Shown here in pieces: positions 27,029 to 31,544 of a stretch of 31,544 nucleotides of DNA. Both the position numbers and the translations under genes were made by a program. The notes under the pieces are model-generated. The model was not told where the DNA came from and made no database searches. It saw nothing but the letters and a program-made list of their open reading frames with translations. The stretch is from a virus (lineage: Duplodnaviria; Caudoviricetes): positions 1 through 31,544 of IMG/VR virus record IMGVR_UViG_3300025886_000101; one strand, given 5' to 3'. The first letter of the stretch is position 1; each line of letters opens with the position of its first letter.

Positions 27029-29154
27029 TAGTAACCTCCTCCCATTACTGGTTTAACACCCACTCGGCCAATCTGAGCATTCTGCTGCTGCTGGATTCCA
27101 AACTGCAAGTACTTCATCCGATTCTCGGCCAATTGTTTAACCAGCGGATTCTCGGCCATCTTCTTTTGGAACTCTTGTGAAGTTTGCATAATCTGTTGAG
27201 CAGTTTGTGTGCGAAGTTCAAAGTTCACTCCCTCCTTTGGCAGTGGCTCAATTTCATTAATGATCTTAACCCAGCTATTCTGCTCGTCTTCAATTTCTTT
27301 CTGACTGGCGGTATCCTTGTCCATGATTACCTGCTTGGCCAACATTGGATCAATTGATTCCGCTATGATGGTCAAAAGCTTATTGCGATCCAAGGCACCA
27401 GTAGTATCGAACTGAGTCATCTTTGTAACTGCATCCAGTTTTTTCTCCATGAACTCTGGGTTCAAAGTGTCTACTGAAAACCGAAGAGATAAATCAAATT
27501 TACCTTCGATATCTTCCTGCTTCATTGCAATTTCTTCAACTGGGCCGCCAGTAATTCGTGCTACAAATTCTGGTTCCAAGTATTGCTGGCACAAAGATAG
27601 TGCTTGAGATAATGCTTCCCTCCATGAGTCCAACCAACGATTTACCATGCATTGTTGATAAAGCTGCTTTGCTTCTGGTTTCTCTGGGTTACCAAAGTAC
27701 CTTTCCGCATCCATGATGGCTGCATTCTCTGCCTCCATTGAGCTTTCCGATAACGGGGGCGGCTGGAGCCAACCAATGTCATCTGGGCGAGTTATGGTGA
27801 TCTGGGAGGCTGGGGCCACAAGTAAGTTTAATCCACCCCTGCGAGCATTTACCAGCAATGGCGGTATGACACCAATTTGACTTGCATCATTGCGGAGATC
27901 CCGTTGCACCTTTGCCTCGTACTGGTTGGTAGCAACCAATTCAGAGATTCCTCTGGAGTCGAATATTGATCTAGATAACCGTTCCCGTGTAAACAGAACA
28001 AACGGCATCTGGTTGTGTCCATATTCTAAAATTTCATGCTTACCATAGAGGTCTGGAACATGGGATGAAAATGCAGTGCAATAGATGGCAGGAACATTTG
28101 TATCTTCATCATAGACCCTATGATAAGCATAGAAAATTTCATACAGGTCATTGAAGTCTCCCTCAATTCCTTTGCCCATTGTATGGACTCCCAGCATGAT
28201 CGGATTTCGATAATCGTACTCAGCAACTCCAGATTGACCCTCTGATTTCTCAAGTACTGATTCGACAAATTCCTCGTCAAAACCTTCTGAAATAATTTTG
28301 TCCCGTAGCTCGGTCTCGGATAACCATTCCCTACGCATGATAACCCTAGCTCGGTCTAATTCAGTGCAGTTGGCATCCACAAAAACATCTTCGTATAACT
28401 TATGTGCCACAAATCGAGGACGGTTCTCATGGATAGTTGGGGTTGGTATTTTCATTTCCCCAGTTTCCCTAAAGTCCTTAATTCCTTTTTTTAGCACCTT
28501 ATCCTTAACTCCAGCGAAATGCTGGCGAAATAAGTTTAATGCATCTTCCTCCATGTCTGGGTCTTGCAAGATTCCCATGATTTCCTCCACGGCCTGCTGA
28601 TCCCCACCTTGCTCAGTTACCATTTGTACAACATCTTGTACAGTAATTCGCTTCATCCGCATAATGGTTTCTTGCTGCCAATAAACACCAAGAACTCCAA
28701 TTGCAGGAGTGCCAGAAAACATTTCCTGTGCAAGGATCTCAACTTCTCTACGAAGTTCTGGGAGCATACGCTGCTCCAAGAAATAAGATAAGCAATCCCT
28801 CCAGTAAGATGCCTTCTTTTGATCACTAGTCTCAATCCCAGAGACCGACATATTTGATCTGAAAAAACTCTCTAGGGCCATATGCACATGCTCATTGATC
28901 AATCGATCTGCGAGTCGCATATGAATGTCGGAACTACCTTCCCACGGGATTGGCCTGCGGCCCAGTTCATCCTCATGTTTCCTGCCGTCATCAGATTGGC
29001 CTGCCCATCGGGCATAGCGGACATCGTCATAATCGTCTCGCCTGCGAAGATTCCGTCCAGCATCCTCAAGGATGTCTGTAAGCTCGGACTGTAACTTGGC
29101 TACATCTGGTTCATTTGTAGCCTTATTCTTTTCGGAGTCGTATTGGTACCTCAT
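27028..29154 (-). CDS. Portal (head-tail connector) protein
   Basis: 708 aa. PWEGSSD, PFV...SRGISEL, Gln-rich helical C-terminus. Lies between terminase and scaffold/capsid. Confidence 0.85.
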   Translation of the reverse strand: MRYQYDSEKNKATNEPDVAKLQSELTDILEDAGRNLRRRDDYDDVRYARWAGQSDDGRKHEDELGRRPIPWEGSSDIHMRLADRLINEHVHMALESFFRSNMSVSGIETSDQKKASYWRDCLSYFLEQRMLPELRREVEILAQEMFSGTPAIGVLGVYWQQETIMRMKRITVQDVVQMVTEQGGDQQAVEEIMGILQDPDMEEDALNLFRQHFAGVKDKVLKKGIKDFRETGEMKIPTPTIHENRPRFVAHKLYEDVFVDANCTELDRARVIMRREWLSETELRDKIISEGFDEEFVESVLEKSEGQSGVAEYDYRNPIMLGVHTMGKGIEGDFNDLYEIFYAYHRVYDEDTNVPAIYCTAFSSHVPDLYGKHEILEYGHNQMPFVLFTRERLSRSIFDSRGISELVATNQYEAKVQRDLRNDASQIGVIPPLLVNARRGGLNLLVAPASQITITRPDDIGWLQPPPLSESSMEAENAAIMDAERYFGNPEKPEAKQLYQQCMVNRWLDSWREALSQALSLCQQYLEPEFVARITGGPVEEIAMKQEDIEGKFDLSLRFSVDTLNPEFMEKKLDAVTKMTQFDTTGALDRNKLLTIIAESIDPMLAKQVIMDKDTASQKEIEDEQNSWVKIINEIEPLPKEGVNFELRTQTAQQIMQTSQEFQKKMAENPLVKQLAENRMKYLQFGIQQQQNAQIGRVGVKPVMGGGY

Positions 29155-29354
29155 GCAGGCACCTCTTCTGTTTCCAGAATATTCTTTTCTATCTCTCGTT
29201 TTACGAAGAATGCTCTTGCACCTTCACGAAAGTATTTGGGCTTTAAAACACCATCCTTTACGAGGTTGGACATTTCGTGATCGGCCAGCCCCAGCCAATC
29301 CATGACCTCTCTTCTCCTCAGTAAGGCTTTACTCGGTTCATTTGTTCCTGCCAT
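29151..29354 (-). CDS. Excisionase/AlpA-like helix-turn-helix protein (probable start MAGTNEP)
   Basis: LLRRREVMDWLGL...LVKDGVLKP...RAFFVKREIE. Overlaps the portal start (ATGA). Confidence 0.7.
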   Translation of the reverse strand: MAGTNEPSKALLRRREVMDWLGLADHEMSNLVKDGVLKPKYFREGARAFFVKREIEKNILETEEVPA

Positions 29355-29388
29355 TGCAGGAAATACCTGCAATATCGGAGATGGTCAA
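29353..29388 (-). promoter_or_regulatory. Candidate promoter/operator for HTH-portal operon
   Basis: TTGACC-17 bp-TATTTC-5 bp-ATG, overlapped by the perfect inverted repeat ATTGCAGG-N5-CCTGCAAT (29353..29373). Confidence 0.4.
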
Positions 29389-29595
29389 CTACTTTTTTTT
29401 CTTACGGAGTCGGACAAGCTTATCAATTGCCTTGCCCATACCCTCGTCATCTTTCTGTAAAAAATGAATTGTCTCTGGAAGCACCCTCGCTCGAAGTGGC
29501 ACTCGTCTTTGATCTTCTGGAAGTGGGGGCCGCCCGTCTTGATTTGGTCTTTTCCCACCCCAGCCTAATTTTGGTTTGTCGGTTTCCTCGGTCAT
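29389..29595 (-). CDS. Small putative DNA-binding protein (GGKR..GRP, ribbon-helix-helix-like)
   Basis: WGGKRPNQDGRPPLPEDQRRVPLRARVLPET...AIDKLV. Confidence 0.65.
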   Translation of the reverse strand: MTEETDKPKLGWGGKRPNQDGRPPLPEDQRRVPLRARVLPETIHFLQKDDEGMGKAIDKLVRLRKKKK

Positions 29596-29606
29596 AGTAA
29601 TTCACC

Positions 29607-29789
29607 TTAAACATCTTGCTTAGTGGGATGCAATGAGCAAATTGATTTATTGTCAGAATCTATGACAACGCAATTACCTGCGGCAATATCACCGCAGATT
29701 TTTAATATAAACTTATCCTTTCGGCCTTGGTAGCACGGTATGTCCAGTATGGAGCATATTCGTTTTAGTATTTGTTCGTTAATATCCAT
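29607..29789 (-). CDS. Hypothetical protein
   Basis: 60-aa ORF overlapping the upstream gene in a tightly packed series. Confidence 0.55.
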   Translation of the reverse strand: MDINEQILKRICSILDIPCYQGRKDKFILKICGDIAAGNCVVIDSDNKSICSLHPTKQDV

Positions 29790-29970
29790 TTTTTATAATT
29801 TTGTTTAGTTCATGTAAAGACATGTCGATGAAACTTTTGTTTTCGGACACATCTTCTTTTTGTGTCGATTGCCTAGCTATATCTTTCTCCCATTCTTCAA
29901 TGAAAGATTGCTGCTTGGCATACTCAATCTCTTCCTCTGGGGAATTTGGTAGATGTGGTATATCTGGCAT
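29779..29970 (-). CDS. Hypothetical protein
   Basis: 63 aa, TAATG coupling with the upstream gene. Confidence 0.65.
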   Translation of the reverse strand: MPDIPHLPNSPEEEIEYAKQQSFIEEWEKDIARQSTQKEDVSENKSFIDMSLHELNKIIKNGY

Positions 29971-30230
29971 TAGTTAAATGTGTATTTTCTGATGACCTTG
30001 GTCTGACGGTCTGGTGATTTGCTTACTATCTGGGTTACTAGGTAACCTCGTTTTGTGTATCCACGGGTAAGAGTCTCGCTGCCGCCCAACTTACGGAACC
30101 AAGGTGCGGCATCTACCGCATTGGAATGCTGCTCAGATGTAACTTCTTTGGTTTCCTCTGACTCAAGCTTATACACGGTTTTAGTGCCTGCCTTCAGAGT
30201 AAAAGTCTGATGATGTAATTTAATTTTCAT
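29970..30230 (-). CDS. Hypothetical basic protein
   Basis: 86 aa, PWFRKLGGSET...GY..SKSPD, tight packing. Confidence 0.75.
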   Translation of the reverse strand: MKIKLHHQTFTLKAGTKTVYKLESEETKEVTSEQHSNAVDAAPWFRKLGGSETLTRGYTKRGYLVTQIVSKSPDRQTKVIRKYTFN

Positions 30231-30318
30231 TGGTGAATAGTGATTTGATTATGGTGAATAAAAAGTGGCCCACTGCGATTGCAGGGCCGATGAAGATGAG
30301 GTGATCGTATATGCTCAT
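30220..30318 (-). CDS. 32-aa single-TM peptide
   Basis: MSIYDHLIFIGPAIAVGHFLFTIIKSLFTNEN. ATGA overlap upstream, overlaps the next start. Confidence 0.5.
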   Translation of the reverse strand: MSIYDHLIFIGPAIAVGHFLFTIIKSLFTNEN

Positions 30319-30548
30319 AATGTACGGATGTGTTTCTCGAAGTAGAGGTCATCAATGAATAGATCATCATTGAAGCAGTAATACTTGTGAGAGTGATTTG
30401 GTTTGTCCCAGACATAAATGTACCAACGGTTGGCAATTATAAATGGCCGCTCATTGCCGCCACATCCAATGAGGATACCTTGCGGCCAACCTTCTTTCCA
30501 ACGGTATGGGCATTCAACTCTGGGGTTAATTTCTGAAGTAGTAGTCAT
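30315..30548 (-). CDS. Hypothetical aromatic-rich protein
   Basis: 77 aa, GCGGNERPF...WYIYVWD...HKYYCF. Directly after a promoter-like element. Confidence 0.75.
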   Translation of the reverse strand: MTTTSEINPRVECPYRWKEGWPQGILIGCGGNERPFIIANRWYIYVWDKPNHSHKYYCFNDDLFIDDLYFEKHIRTL

Positions 30549-30555
30549 AATTTGA

Positions 30556-30583
30556 ATCTTATATAATGTAATACATTAAGCAA
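30556..30583 (-). promoter_or_regulatory. Sigma70-like promoter (copy 2) with palindromic spacer
   Basis: TTGCTT-16 bp-TAAGAT-7 bp-ATG(30548). Spacer region contains TAATGTA-T-TACATTA. Confidence 0.6.
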
Positions 30584-30596
30584 GTGATAAATGTGT

Positions 30597-30743
30597 CTAT
30601 GACACAAGTTTTGATTTGCGTTTAATTTCTTTTTTCTCTCCAGCTAAGACCAAGATAGTGTCCTTAAACTGGATGCGGATATTCTCCCCTCGTTTTAGTT
30701 GAAGCACTTCGTAGTGCGATAGATTGATTACTCTTTCTTTCAT
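30597..30743 (-). CDS. 48-aa hypothetical protein
   Basis: Manually translated MKERVINLSHYEVLQLKRGENIRIQFKDTILVLAGEKKEIKRKSKLVS. Fills the gap. Confidence 0.55.
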   Translation of the reverse strand: MKERVINLSHYEVLQLKRGENIRIQFKDTILVLAGEKKEIKRKSKLVS

Positions 30744-30757
30744 GTTTACTAATTTAT

Positions 30758-31042
30758 TTATTGATCTTTATAATTTTTAAGTGCCTCCCAGTCTTCTTTA
30801 CTGGTTCCAGTTTTGTTTTCCTTTTCTGCAAGGCTCCATAATTCTCCTATAAAAAAAAATGTATTATGAATGCATTCACCGATCTGTTGAAAATCTTGGG
30901 AAACATATGCATTGGTAGACCATAATGATTTCTCATCATCATCTAAATCGTGCCTTTCCTCTATGTTGAGAATGATTTGGCAATACTTGTCGTACAAGGA
31001 CTCAAGTGCCTTAACATCTGATTTGCGAAAGAATTTCTTCAT
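30758..31042 (-). CDS. Hypothetical protein
   Basis: 94-aa helical ORF, ATGA overlap with the upstream gene. Confidence 0.7.
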   Translation of the reverse strand: MKKFFRKSDVKALESLYDKYCQIILNIEERHDLDDDEKSLWSTNAYVSQDFQQIGECIHNTFFFIGELWSLAEKENKTGTSKEDWEALKNYKDQ

Positions 31043-31197
31043 ACCTTGAAATGCTCCCTTAGTTCTGCTATCTGATTTTCAATATCTTGGATAATGCGGA
31101 TGTGACTTCCACTTAGCTGAATTGCTTTCAATGCTATCCCAAGTGTGATGATCGCATTTTCAGCGACATCCTTGTTTGTTAATTTTTCGTTATTCAT
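31039..31197 (-). CDS. 52-aa hypothetical protein
   Basis: Manually translated MNNEKLTNKDVAENAIITLGIALKAIQLSG...LREHFKV. Follows promoter copy 1. Confidence 0.6.
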   Translation of the reverse strand: MNNEKLTNKDVAENAIITLGIALKAIQLSGSHIRIIQDIENQIAELREHFKV

Positions 31198-31204
31198 GTT
31201 TACA

Positions 31205-31232
31205 ATCTTGCATATCGTAATACATAAATCAA
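31205..31232 (-). promoter_or_regulatory. Sigma70-like promoter (copy 1)
   Basis: TTGATT-16 bp-CAAGAT-7 bp-ATG(31197). Shares CTTGxTTxATGTATTAC...AAGATT with copy 2. AT-rich upstream. Confidence 0.55.
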
Positions 31233-31296
31233 GTCTAATTATTATTATCTTGTGTCATACATTGAAATTCTAAAGCCAGACTTTAGATTTGCAGGG

Positions 31297-31542
31297 TTAG
31301 TAGGATCCCCCAGAATCGAGAACCGCACTATCTCTATCCAAGAAGGTTGGCCCAGCTAGGCAGAAGTATCTCAAGACATCTACGAAGTCCTTACAGGCAC
31401 CGTGCTTACCGTCCTTACCCGTCCAAGTACTAAGAGCAAACCTTACATTCTTGCACTTCTCATGGACATACAATCTCGGACAATTAATAGCAGACATTTC
31501 ATCCTGCTCGTCCCAGTCAAGTAAATCATTGATCATGGTTAC
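31297..31542 (-). CDS. Terminase large subunit, C-terminal nuclease end (5'-truncated by window edge)
   Basis: PRLYVHEKCKN...KDFVDVLRY resembles the terminase D-x-x-D-A/V-L-R-Y motif. The frame is open to the window edge, upstream of the portal. Confidence 0.8.
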   Translation of the reverse strand, partial: VTMINDLLDWDEQDEMSAINCPRLYVHEKCKNVRFALSTWTGKDGKHGACKDFVDVLRYFCLAGPTFLDRDSAVLDSGGSY

Positions 31543-31544
31543 TC

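Noticed and set aside
29151-29354. Evidence of a prophage or integration module from the excisionase-like HTH
   Set aside because: No integrase, att site, tRNA or host genes are visible. Lifestyle and host cannot be determined from this window.
30227-30436. 69-aa minus-strand ORF in the track
   Set aside because: It overlaps 30315..30548 extensively out of frame. The 32-aa ORF 30220..30318 fits the ATGA coupling better.
1-31544. Stop-codon reassignment to explain the apparent 7.5-kb ORF gap
   Set aside because: TAA, TGA and TAG all end tightly packed genes. The gap is explained by a standard-code ORF running off the edge.

Overview
This window is the virion-morphogenesis half of a podovirus-like tailed phage (Caudoviricetes), with essentially all real genes on the minus strand. 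Read right to left, the order is: terminase large subunit C-terminus (cut by the window edge); a ~2.1-kb cassette of small non-structural ORFs with its own repeated promoters; portal; a small-molecule-type SAM methyltransferase; a metallophosphoesterase; scaffold; SU10/DUF5309-type major capsid protein; adaptor; tail fibres; holin-like membrane proteins; tail nozzle; a chain of small fibre/adaptor proteins; a DDxxD isoprenoid-synthase-like protein; two ejection-type proteins. The leftmost 7.5 kb is one >2,500-aa ORF that the supplied ORF track misses because its stop lies outside the window. By manual translation it is a polyvalent protein with zincin (HEISH), ART-PolyVal-like ADP-ribosyltransferase, GNAT-like and HhH-glycosylase-like modules, with identical ATGCCGCC (MPP) junctions between them. 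The best candidates for novel systems are (1) a possible phage protein-lipidation module (DDxxD prenyltransferase-like gene next to a Gly-rich pilot protein with a C-terminal GKG-CWVAREVYG domain, plus an orphan methyltransferase), (2) the MPP-punctuated multi-effector polyprotein, and (3) a daisy chain of paired C-/N-terminal motifs among consecutive tail proteins. All family assignments come from motif recognition and gene order, not from database searches.
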